Shown piece after piece: positions 44,618 through 52,912 of a stretch of DNA of 64,000 nt. How positions within the stretch are numbered: position 1 is the stretch's first letter; each line of letters begins with the position of its first letter. This DNA is from Candidatus Peregrinibacteria bacterium (GTDB lineage Bacteria > Patescibacteriota > Gracilibacteria > UBA1369 > JABINC01), in NCBI GenBank assembly GCA_030700255.1, contig JAUYJN010000043.1:16785-80784 (forward strand), in the 5' to 3' direction. The notes below the pieces were generated by a model. It saw nothing but the letters and a program-made list of their open reading frames with translations. It was not told where the DNA came from and did not search any database. The translations under genes and the position numbers were made by a program.

Positions 44618-45283
44618 TTATGAATAAATATGTAAGCAACTTTTCTCCAGTTTTCTTTTGATTTTTTTATCGATTTCTTCTTTGAAACTTTCTGAATCTA
44701 TTTTGTCTATGATTTCTTTTGCAAATGCATAGGTGAGAAGTTCTTTTGCTTTTTGCTCACCGATTCCGCGAGAACGCATATAAAATAAAGCTTCCGGATC
44801 CAGTTGTCCACTAGTTGCGCTGTGTGAACACTTAACATCTTCCGCATATATTTCGAGTATCGGCATAGCGCTGGCAGTTGCAGTGTCGGATAATAATATG
44901 TTTTTACTTCCCATTGTTGCGATTACTCCATCCGCATTCTTTGCGACATAGATTTTACCTTCGGCATCCGCTCTCGATTTGTCATCTAAAATCGTTCTGT
45001 AAATCTGCGTGCTCTCCGAATTTCCAACCATATGATTTACTGAGATTTTGCTTTTGTTTTTTGTATTTCCGGAAAGTATGTAAAGCCCATAGATTTTTAC
45101 ATTTGAATTCTCTCCTTCCAAATTAATTGTGATATTTTTTTCTATATCGGTTGATCCGATTTGGATATCATACATTATAAAAGAGGCATCTTTTTCGAGA
45201 GTGATTTCATATGAAAATAAAGAATCCTCAAGTGTGAGTGTTTCAGTTTTTCCTTCTGAAATTTGGATTTTTTTAACCTCCAT
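44618..45283 (-). CDS. sufD: Fe-S cluster assembly protein SufD (short form)
   Basis: 221 aa. Beta-helix SufBD-type repeats and EIYAEDVKCSHSATSGQLDPEALFYMRSRGI. Confidence 0.75.
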   Translation of the reverse strand: MEVKKIQISEGKTETLTLEDSLFSYEITLEKDASFIMYDIQIGSTDIEKNITINLEGENSNVKIYGLYILSGNTKNKSKISVNHMVGNSESTQIYRTILDDKSRADAEGKIYVAKNADGVIATMGSKNILLSDTATASAMPILEIYAEDVKCSHSATSGQLDPEALFYMRSRGIGEQKAKELLTYAFAKEIIDKIDSESFKEEIDKKIKRKLEKSCLHIYS

Positions 45284-45289
45284 AATTTA

Positions 45290-46027
45290 TTATTTTAACC
45301 AGTCATATCCTTTTTCTTCGAGCTCTAGGGCGAGATCTTTGCCTCCTGATTTGACGATTTTGCCATCATGCATCACATGTATATGATCGGGTACGATGTA
45401 ATCAAGGAGCCTTTGGTAATGTGTGACAATTATAAATGCATTATTTGCTGATCTTAATTTATTTACACCATCTGCGACGACTTTTAGCGCATCGATATCG
45501 AGCCCGGAATCAGTTTCGTCCAGTATTGCGAGGGTCGGAGAAAGCACTGCCATTTGGAAAACTTCATTCTTCTTTTTTTCTCCACCGGAGAATCCTTCGT
45601 TAAGTCCGCGCTTCATCAAGTTTTCATCTGCGCTAATTTCATGATTTTTTTCTTTTGCAAACTTTATAAATTCTGCTGATGATAATTCGTCCTTCCCTTG
45701 GTATTTTAATTTTTCATTTATTGCAGTTTTCAAGAAATTCATGGTGTTAACTCCCGGGATTTCAACCGGATATTGAAATGCTAAAAAAATCCCTCCCTGG
45801 GCACGAATCTCTGGATTCATTTTGAGAAGATTTTTGTTTAGGTATTCTATGCCACCATCGGTTACAGCGTATTTTTGTCTGCCCGCGAGCACTGAAGCAA
45901 GCGTACTTTTCCCCGCACCATTTGGCCCCATGATTGCATGGACCTCTCCGGCCTTTACTTCGAGGTTTATTCCTTTGAGGATTTCATATCCTTCAACGCC
46001 TGCATGTAAGTTTGTAATTTTTAGCAT
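45290..46027 (-). CDS. sufC: Fe-S cluster assembly ATPase SufC
   Basis: 245 aa. Walker A GPNGAGKST, ABC signature FSGGEKKK and Walker B LAILDETDSGLD. Confidence 0.95.
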   Translation of the reverse strand: MLKITNLHAGVEGYEILKGINLEVKAGEVHAIMGPNGAGKSTLASVLAGRQKYAVTDGGIEYLNKNLLKMNPEIRAQGGIFLAFQYPVEIPGVNTMNFLKTAINEKLKYQGKDELSSAEFIKFAKEKNHEISADENLMKRGLNEGFSGGEKKKNEVFQMAVLSPTLAILDETDSGLDIDALKVVADGVNKLRSANNAFIIVTHYQRLLDYIVPDHIHVMHDGKIVKSGGKDLALELEEKGYDWLK

Positions 46028-46056
46028 AGTTTTTTATGGTTGTTTCGCACCGTGCA

Positions 46057-47538
46057 TTATCCTACAGTACCTTCGAGTTTTAGTGCCAGTAGGTTTTTTG
46101 CTTCGATGGCGAATTCCAGAGGTAAGTGTTTGAGTACATCTTTGCAGTATCCGTTTACGATCAGGCCGATAGCCTCTTCCATACCGATTCCTCTTTGAAG
46201 ACAGTAGAATAACTGATCTTCTGAGATTTTGGAAGTCGTTGCTTCGTGTTCTATGATTGCGCTCTTGTTTGAGTTTTCAACTTTTGGAAAGGTGTGTGCT
46301 CCACAACCACTTCCTATAAGTAGTGAATCACATTGAGAGTAATTTCTGGCATTGGTTGCGCCTATGCCGATTTTTACCAGACCTCGGTAACTGTTTTGAC
46401 TGTGTCCGGCACTTATACCTTTTGAGATTATTGTACTTTTGGTATTTTTACCAATGTGAATCATTTTTGTACCTGTGTCAGCCTGTTGGTAGTTATTTGT
46501 AAGTGCGACAGAATAAAATTCTCCGACTGAGTTATCGCCTTTGAGGATTACGCTTGGGTATTTCCATGTTATTGCGGATCCGGTTTCGACTTGAGTCCAA
46601 GAGATTTTTGAATTGTCACCTTTGGCAAGTCCGCGCTTTGTTACAAAATTATATATTCCACCTTTCCCTTCTTTGTCTCCGGGATACCAGTTTTGCACTG
46701 TGGAATATTTCACTTCTGCATCCTTGTGAGCAATTATTTCGACGACGGCCGCGTGCAATTGGTTTTCATCTCTTTGTGGAGCCGTACACCCTTCAAGATA
46801 ACTTACATAGCTTCCTTCGTCTGCGACGATGAGGGTTCGTTCAAATTGTCCTGTGTTCATCGCATTGATACGGAAATATGTGGAAAGCTCCATCGGGCAT
46901 TTAATTCCTTTTGGAATAAAGCAAAACGATCCATCCGTGAATACTGCTGAATTTAATGCTGCGTAAAAATTATCATTTTGTGGAACGATTTTCCCGAGAT
47001 ATTCTTTTACTAGATTAGGGTGGTTTTCTACCGCTTCTGAGAATGAGCAAAATATAATCCCATGTTTTGCGAGAGTTTTTTGGAATGTGGTTTTGACGGA
47101 AATGCTGTCTATTACCATATCAACTGCTACTTGTGAATTTCCAACTCCCGCCAAAATTTCTCTTTCATGTATAGGCACTCCAAGTTTTTCAAAAGTTTTT
47201 AAAAGTTCCGGATCTGCTTCATCGAGTGAAGTAGTAGTTTTTTTCTTCGGAGACGCATAGTAAATAATTTCTTGAAAATCTATTTCCGGAAATTTTAAAT
47301 GTGCCCAAGTAGGTGGGCCTTTTTTTTCAACCATTTTAAGCCAAATTTTGTACGCTTCAAGCCTGAACTCAAGGAGCCAATCAGGCTCGTTTTTTTTTGC
47401 TGAAATAAATCGAATGATTTCTTCGCTCAATCCTTTTGGCGCAAAGTCCGTCTCTATATCCGAGCTAAATCCGTATTTGTATTCGGCTGATGTGACACTT
47501 TTGAGTGCAGTATTTTTTTGAGTTGATTTTTTTGTCAT
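46057..47538 (-). CDS. sufB: Fe-S cluster assembly scaffold SufB
   Basis: 493 aa. Contains [23 protein letters not shown] and [22 protein letters not shown]. Confidence 0.95.
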   Translation of the reverse strand: MTKKSTQKNTALKSVTSAEYKYGFSSDIETDFAPKGLSEEIIRFISAKKNEPDWLLEFRLEAYKIWLKMVEKKGPPTWAHLKFPEIDFQEIIYYASPKKKTTTSLDEADPELLKTFEKLGVPIHEREILAGVGNSQVAVDMVIDSISVKTTFQKTLAKHGIIFCSFSEAVENHPNLVKEYLGKIVPQNDNFYAALNSAVFTDGSFCFIPKGIKCPMELSTYFRINAMNTGQFERTLIVADEGSYVSYLEGCTAPQRDENQLHAAVVEIIAHKDAEVKYSTVQNWYPGDKEGKGGIYNFVTKRGLAKGDNSKISWTQVETGSAITWKYPSVILKGDNSVGEFYSVALTNNYQQADTGTKMIHIGKNTKSTIISKGISAGHSQNSYRGLVKIGIGATNARNYSQCDSLLIGSGCGAHTFPKVENSNKSAIIEHEATTSKISEDQLFYCLQRGIGMEEAIGLIVNGYCKDVLKHLPLEFAIEAKNLLALKLEGTVG

Positions 47539-47672
47539 CGAGTTTGGCAGATTCGCTTTATTTATGCGCTAAATTGGAGTTTCAATCTACCAGAAATCAT
47601 TTTATGGTCAAGGCCTAGGCATAGCTAATCTTTTGTGTTATAATTTAGTGGATAAATAATCAATTTTATATT

Positions 47673-47978
47673 ATGGCAGATCAAGATGTATCTAGAGTTG
47701 AAGGGCCCCCACAACCATTTACTCAATTAGGTTTACCTGCGCTTAGAGAACAAGACATCGCTCTAGGTTTAAAACAAGGGCCACCCCCTATCCAATTTGA
47801 CCTAGGTGAGCTTGTAGTTGTGGAAGATGTGCGCAATGTTTTTGCTGATGTATTTGTTGATACGCCTGATACTAGTAATACTTTACCTGCATTCCCGGAT
47901 GCAATTATGAAGGAAGTGATTCCTGCAATTAAAGCTGAGCCCGTAAATGGAGTTCCTCCGGTACGTGATGAGTTTTAA
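47673..47978 (+). CDS. Hypothetical Pro-rich protein (101 aa)
   Basis: Intact ORF preceded by an extended -10 (TGTTATAAT near 47637-47645). No family recognised. Confidence 0.4.
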   Translation: MADQDVSRVEGPPQPFTQLGLPALREQDIALGLKQGPPPIQFDLGELVVVEDVRNVFADVFVDTPDTSNTLPAFPDAIMKEVIPAIKAEPVNGVPPVRDEF

Positions 47979-48017
47979 TGCTTCAGAAGATGAGACAGTC
48001 GCTTAATTTTTTATGTT

Positions 48018-48551
48018 ATGAGTAGAAGTGTGAGAGAACTAGATGATCGAGCAAATGGAGGTCCGGAGCGACTTGGTCAAACATTTGTTGATCTTCGAGT
48101 CGTTAGAGCTCGTGAAACCCAAATGATTGATGTTTTGAAAGATGAGATTGGTAAATTGCGAGTAAAATTTTGTTCGATAGACTTACCGGATGATTCAAAA
48201 ATGGATGAAATTGTTGACGCATTCTCTAGTGAAGTTACAACTGAATTAATGGAAAATGGGCAAACTTTAAACTCTGAAGCAATTTCATATATATTAATGA
48301 GTTTTGCTAGATTTTATCCAAATTTATCATTTGAAAGTTTACCTCGATATTTTCGTGCACTTATAGGTGAGATGGAAAATGACTCACAACATCTTATTGT
48401 TAATCATATAGATAATTATTTTGTGAACAAAAAAGCTAAAAAAGGTAGGAGGCAACTTTTGGATGATATGGTTGCCAGCGTCCTCGGTTCTTTTATATCT
48501 GATGATGAATTGAAAGCTTTGAGAGATGATCTTTTTCGTCATCATCATTAA
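48018..48551 (+). CDS. Hypothetical protein (177 aa)
   Basis: Intact ORF co-oriented with 47673..47978. No family recognised. Confidence 0.45.
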   Translation: MSRSVRELDDRANGGPERLGQTFVDLRVVRARETQMIDVLKDEIGKLRVKFCSIDLPDDSKMDEIVDAFSSEVTTELMENGQTLNSEAISYILMSFARFYPNLSFESLPRYFRALIGEMENDSQHLIVNHIDNYFVNKKAKKGRRQLLDDMVASVLGSFISDDELKALRDDLFRHHH

Positions 48552-48562
48552 TATAATTAGCT

Positions 48563-49495
48563 TTATCGTTTCACTTTGTTTACATGGTCGTAGGCGGCGT
48601 AAGCCGCAGCGGCGCCTTCGGCGGCGCATACTACTCCTTGTTTCCATTCTGAGTCAGTGACGTCTCCGGCAGCGTAAACCCCGTCTATATTTGTTCGTGA
48701 GTATCTATCGATGATGATTTGTTTTTTAGGGTCGAGGGCGCAGCCCAATTTTTCGGCGAATTCAGATCTGGCAGTTCCACCGATTTCTACAAATATTCCA
48801 TCAACCGGAAATACTGATCCATCTTGAAGTACAACTTCAGTTACTAGGTTTCCATCGCCTCTTACTTCTGTGATAGAAGTATTTACCATGAGGTCTATTT
48901 TTGGATTTTGTTTGACGCGCTCCGCGTTGATAGGTTCCGGTCTAAGTTTTTCTTCCGGGCCTCTATACATTATAGTTACATGGTCTGCGTGCTCCGCTAC
49001 AAAAAGAGATTCTTTGAAAGCTGAGTCACCTCCGCCAACTACGATTGTTTTTTTGCCTTTAAAAAGTGGTGAGTCACAAGTTGCACAGTATGAAACACCT
49101 TTGTTTGCGTATTCATCTTCTCCAGGTACTTCCAAATGTCTGTGAGCAAGTCCTGTTGCAAGTAGGATTGAATATCCGGTGTATACGTTCCCTTTTTTGT
49201 CTTCAACTTCAAACATTTTGTCTTCTCTTTGTCTTACATCTACAACTTTTGAATTTTTGATTTCAGCTTCTACCGACTTGGCATGTTCCATGAATTTCAT
49301 ACCAAGTTCAAATCCACTGATTGATTTGTATCCAGGATAATTTTCAACCAGATGAGTTTGCGTGATAGTCCCTCCATGTAATTCTCCAAGTACTAGTACA
49401 TTCATTCCAAATCTTCCTGCATAAACCGCAGAAGCCAGTCCGGCCATGCCGGTTCCGAGAATTATCATATCGTAAGTTTTTTGTTCTTCATTCAT
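48563..49495 (-). CDS. trxB: Thioredoxin-disulfide reductase
   Basis: 310 aa. Contains GTGMAGLASA, the redox-active CATCD, and GGGDSA/AAGDV dinucleotide motifs. Confidence 0.93.
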   Translation of the reverse strand: MNEEQKTYDMIILGTGMAGLASAVYAGRFGMNVLVLGELHGGTITQTHLVENYPGYKSISGFELGMKFMEHAKSVEAEIKNSKVVDVRQREDKMFEVEDKKGNVYTGYSILLATGLAHRHLEVPGEDEYANKGVSYCATCDSPLFKGKKTIVVGGGDSAFKESLFVAEHADHVTIMYRGPEEKLRPEPINAERVKQNPKIDLMVNTSITEVRGDGNLVTEVVLQDGSVFPVDGIFVEIGGTARSEFAEKLGCALDPKKQIIIDRYSRTNIDGVYAAGDVTDSEWKQGVVCAAEGAAAAYAAYDHVNKVKR

Positions 49496-49685
49496 GTTGA
49501 TGTAATTAAAAATTATTTTTATTATAGCAATTGTTTCTCGTTGACCGTTTTAGCTCATGCCCACCCATTATCTTGGTAAACGCCTCGTCAGTATAGGGCA
49601 ATTTTAAAAAAAGTTAACTTGAAATTTGGGTAGGTATTAGTACTTCAAATTTTGCGCACAGGGTGAGCGGACTACCACCATATAA

Positions 49686-49825
49686 TATTTGGATTTTAGC
49701 GCAAGTTGAAGTTACGATTTTTGGCTTGAGACTGGTCTTTTTTGACATTCTCACCTTGACTCGAAATGGTGAGCGAATGTTATCATTCCAGTGTAAAAAC
49801 ACTTCTATTTTTTAATCAAAAAATC
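49686..49825 (+). repeat. Conserved upstream leader of HNH paralog 2
   Basis: atttggattttagcgcaag...tttttggctt...ccttgactcgaaatggtgagcgaatgttatcattc aligns with the reverse complement of 36187-36404. Confidence 0.7.
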
Positions 49826-50800
49826 ATGCAACATACAGTATCAAAAAATCCCGACATCGAAAAATTCTCAGATAAACAGCTTCTATATTTCTGCAAAAAA
49901 TACGGCGATCAAACTTTGCTTTGGCGACGAAAGTTCATTGGGCTTCTGCCGGAGGTAAACCGAAGAGGTCTATATGAACGTAAAGGATTCTCTTCGATTT
50001 TTGAATTTGGTAAACGTATGGCAGGTTTGAGCGAAGATCAAATTCGCCTCGCTTTAAATCTCGAAAAACGTTTTGAAGACAAGCCGGTTCTCAAATCAAT
50101 GCTCGTGGCTGGTGAGGTTAGTATCAATAAATTAGCAAGAGTCGTGTCGATTGCAACTTCAGAAAATGAAGAATTTTTGGCGCAGAGTGCAAAGGTTTTA
50201 TCGAAGTCTTCACTTGAAGTTTTTGTAAGGGATATACGACTTGCAAGAAATAACAGCGTTGAAAATAGCTCGACCTTACGAAGTCAAAATGGCTTATTTG
50301 AGCCGCAAATCGAGTTAGAAAGTCTGCCCGGGCAGCATGTCGAAGCGCCGCTTTGGCACCTGTTCGGAGACGATGGGAACGGTACTTGGTTGAAGTTTAA
50401 ATTAAATGATGAGGTAATGAAAAAACTTAATGAACTGCACGACAAAAACTTAGATGTAAACAAAATTCTTCTCGAAATGCTTGAGAAGCGTGAAAAAGAA
50501 TTGGCGGAGAATAAAGTGAAAGTGGCGGTAAATGAGACTGCTAAAGAGGTAAAGAGAAAAATGGATGGTAAAGAGGTCGGTCGGCGATTATCAGTAGGGG
50601 TGAGAAAAGTTTTAAAGCAGGAATTTGGAGATCGATGCTCAGCGTCGGGTTGTGTGAGAGAGGCGAAGCATATTCATCACAAAGTGCCATTCTCAATTTC
50701 TGGAAGTCATGATCCGAATCTGCTCGCTCCACTTTGTCGCGAGCACCATGATATTGTGCACTCGATAAACTCAAAATATGTTGCAAATAAGCTGGGATAA
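49826..50800 (+). CDS. HNH endonuclease-domain protein (paralog 2)
   Basis: MQHTVSKNPDIEKFSDKQLLYFCKKYG.... C-terminus DRCSASGCVREAKHIHHKVPFSISGSHDPNLLAPLCREHHDIVH. By eye, roughly half of N-terminal and about four fifths of C-terminal positions are identical to paralog 1. Confidence 0.8.
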   Translation: MQHTVSKNPDIEKFSDKQLLYFCKKYGDQTLLWRRKFIGLLPEVNRRGLYERKGFSSIFEFGKRMAGLSEDQIRLALNLEKRFEDKPVLKSMLVAGEVSINKLARVVSIATSENEEFLAQSAKVLSKSSLEVFVRDIRLARNNSVENSSTLRSQNGLFEPQIELESLPGQHVEAPLWHLFGDDGNGTWLKFKLNDEVMKKLNELHDKNLDVNKILLEMLEKREKELAENKVKVAVNETAKEVKRKMDGKEVGRRLSVGVRKVLKQEFGDRCSASGCVREAKHIHHKVPFSISGSHDPNLLAPLCREHHDIVHSINSKYVANKLG

Positions 50801-50891
50801 AAATAAGTTAAAAATGTATTAAGACAGCTTAAAGAGTGCGCATTGACATACGTCTATATAAAGCTGGATGGAAATTGTAGGTGGTTAGTGC

Positions 50892-52574
50892 TTAGCCGAG
50901 CATACTATTTATTGCAGTACCCATGTCTTTGAGACGGTCTTTGCGCGTGTTTCTTTTTGATAGTGCGCCAGCTTGTCCGGTTTCGATTCCGGCTGCTATG
51001 GCTTTTTTCCGGATGTGAGTTCCTAGGGCAGCATCTATTTGCCTATCAAGTATGTCTTGCCTTGCTTGTAACCCGCCGTCATCCAGGATTTCTTCGCCCT
51101 TTTGATCTATGACTGCACCGAGTGCCAATCCATCTTTTGCGAGTTGATCGTCCGACATGTCATTAAGTGCACGTGCCATTCTTTGTTGATCGTCGGCATC
51201 TTTTACTCCTATTCCCTCATCCCCTATTACAAACAATTCTTTTCTTGCATCGGTAGATGTGAAAACCTCATGTTCTTTATTTCTTTCTTGCATCGTTACC
51301 TCACTCGATTCTGCTTTGTTGCGTGCAGAATTGTCTTTGATGAAATCAAGTTGATGTCTTCTTTGTTCTGAAAGTTGATCATCTGTTTTACCTTTTCTAA
51401 GTCTCATCTCAACCTTCTTGGCCTCGACAATTTTTCTTTCTAGAAGCAGGGTTTGTATTTCAGAATCACTTACTATGGCTTCTTCTCTCGCACCATCTAT
51501 TAATTTTTTTAGGGAGGCTTCATCCATTTGAGTTATCGCATTTGGGTCTATTGGCGTTTCGGGTTCTTTGCCCTTGAGTTCGTTTTTCTTTGCGAGAATT
51601 GCATCTATGGTTTCATGTTTTGTAATGTCTAGCAGCTCTTTGTCTGTGGTTAGTGCGCTAAGCTCTTTCATAGCTTGGTCTATGTTTGCTATCGCCTGAT
51701 CCATAACTTTGTCACGTGAAGCATAGAGCTTTTCTTGCGTTTCTTTGTTGTATAGTCGTAGGAAAAAATCATGTGCGGCAGGATTGTTTTTTTGTAAATT
51801 TTCTCTGCGAGCATTGAATTTGGTTTCTTTTTGGATGTAGCCTTCTTGATTTTCACCTTTGCCTATTAATTCGTTGAATTCTTGAATTGCTTGCTGTGGA
51901 TTTTTAGCGTTTTTGATGTGGTCGGTCCAAAGCTTTACTGTTTCAGGTGGGAAATGTTCATTTGCCAGCATAGTGTATTCTAATACGATCCGTTGAGTTA
52001 TACCTCTGTCCATGCGGGCTGCGACTTCATCACAATTTGGCATTACGCTATCTATGCGTGCAACTCCATGTTTGCTCATCGCGCGCGTCCGATCGTATTT
52101 CCCATAATATCTTTTGAAATCAGCTTGTAGATTTGCAGGCATTAGCTTGTCCATTGCCTCATATTTTATTTCCCAAACAGCTTCTGCCATAAGTATGCGC
52201 CTGTCGGTTGGTGTAGTTGCTCCTTGTTCTGCTGCAAGTTTTTTGCCTAATCTTTCTTTTAAACCAGGGTATTTTTTTTCTTCCTCAGATACACCCATAG
52301 CCCATAATTTCTCCTTCATAATTATCTCTGAAAGAGGTGGGATATTTTTTTCTCCTATTAGCATTTTGCTAAATTCTTCAGCGGAGCATTGCTCTGCATG
52401 ATCAAGCATGCCTTTTAAATTTTCATCGGTAAATGCGCCGGATGCCATGGTTTGCACGAACATTCTTTGCTTTCGTTGCCTGGCTAGCTTCTCATGACTC
52501 GCCTCTGGTTCGTTGTCTTTTGGTTTTTCCTTTTGGCGTTCGCCCTCCTGATTGTAACTTTGAATTTCTGCCAT
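50892..52574 (-). CDS. Hypothetical 560-aa highly charged, coiled-coil-rich protein
   Basis: Long uninterrupted ORF. No family recognised. Confidence 0.55.
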   Translation of the reverse strand: MAEIQSYNQEGERQKEKPKDNEPEASHEKLARQRKQRMFVQTMASGAFTDENLKGMLDHAEQCSAEEFSKMLIGEKNIPPLSEIIMKEKLWAMGVSEEEKKYPGLKERLGKKLAAEQGATTPTDRRILMAEAVWEIKYEAMDKLMPANLQADFKRYYGKYDRTRAMSKHGVARIDSVMPNCDEVAARMDRGITQRIVLEYTMLANEHFPPETVKLWTDHIKNAKNPQQAIQEFNELIGKGENQEGYIQKETKFNARRENLQKNNPAAHDFFLRLYNKETQEKLYASRDKVMDQAIANIDQAMKELSALTTDKELLDITKHETIDAILAKKNELKGKEPETPIDPNAITQMDEASLKKLIDGAREEAIVSDSEIQTLLLERKIVEAKKVEMRLRKGKTDDQLSEQRRHQLDFIKDNSARNKAESSEVTMQERNKEHEVFTSTDARKELFVIGDEGIGVKDADDQQRMARALNDMSDDQLAKDGLALGAVIDQKGEEILDDGGLQARQDILDRQIDAALGTHIRKKAIAAGIETGQAGALSKRNTRKDRLKDMGTAINSMLG

Positions 52575-52720
52575 AAATTTGTTGAATTCTTTTACTGTAA
52601 ATGAAAATAGATTCTTCGATTGGTAAAAGTAACATCACTTAAACATACGTGCAACATAGTTTAGACTAAAAGGTTTTGATTTCTTCTTTTTAATTGCGTA
52701 TTATCACTATTACCTACCAG

Positions 52721-52754
52721 ATGTAGTGTGTTATACGTTCGCGACATACTACAT
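52721..52754 (+). promoter_or_regulatory. 11-bp inverted repeat / RNA hairpin in the nrdJ upstream region
   Basis: ATGTAGTGTGT (52721-52731), 12 nt, ACATACTACAT (52744-52754). The single non-Watson-Crick position is G-U on the plus strand. Confidence 0.3.
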
Positions 52755-52912
52755 TTGCCGCTTTCGGGCCATTTGAGGCCATTTCGAACCACCATTTTAT
52801 AGTTATTCCCCCTTTCTGTTTGTTTTTTGTTCTTTTGGGGTCTTCTTTCAGGCCCTAATTTACAGGCTAATTCTAATACATTTAATTAAAAATAAAATAT
52901 AACCTAAACGCA

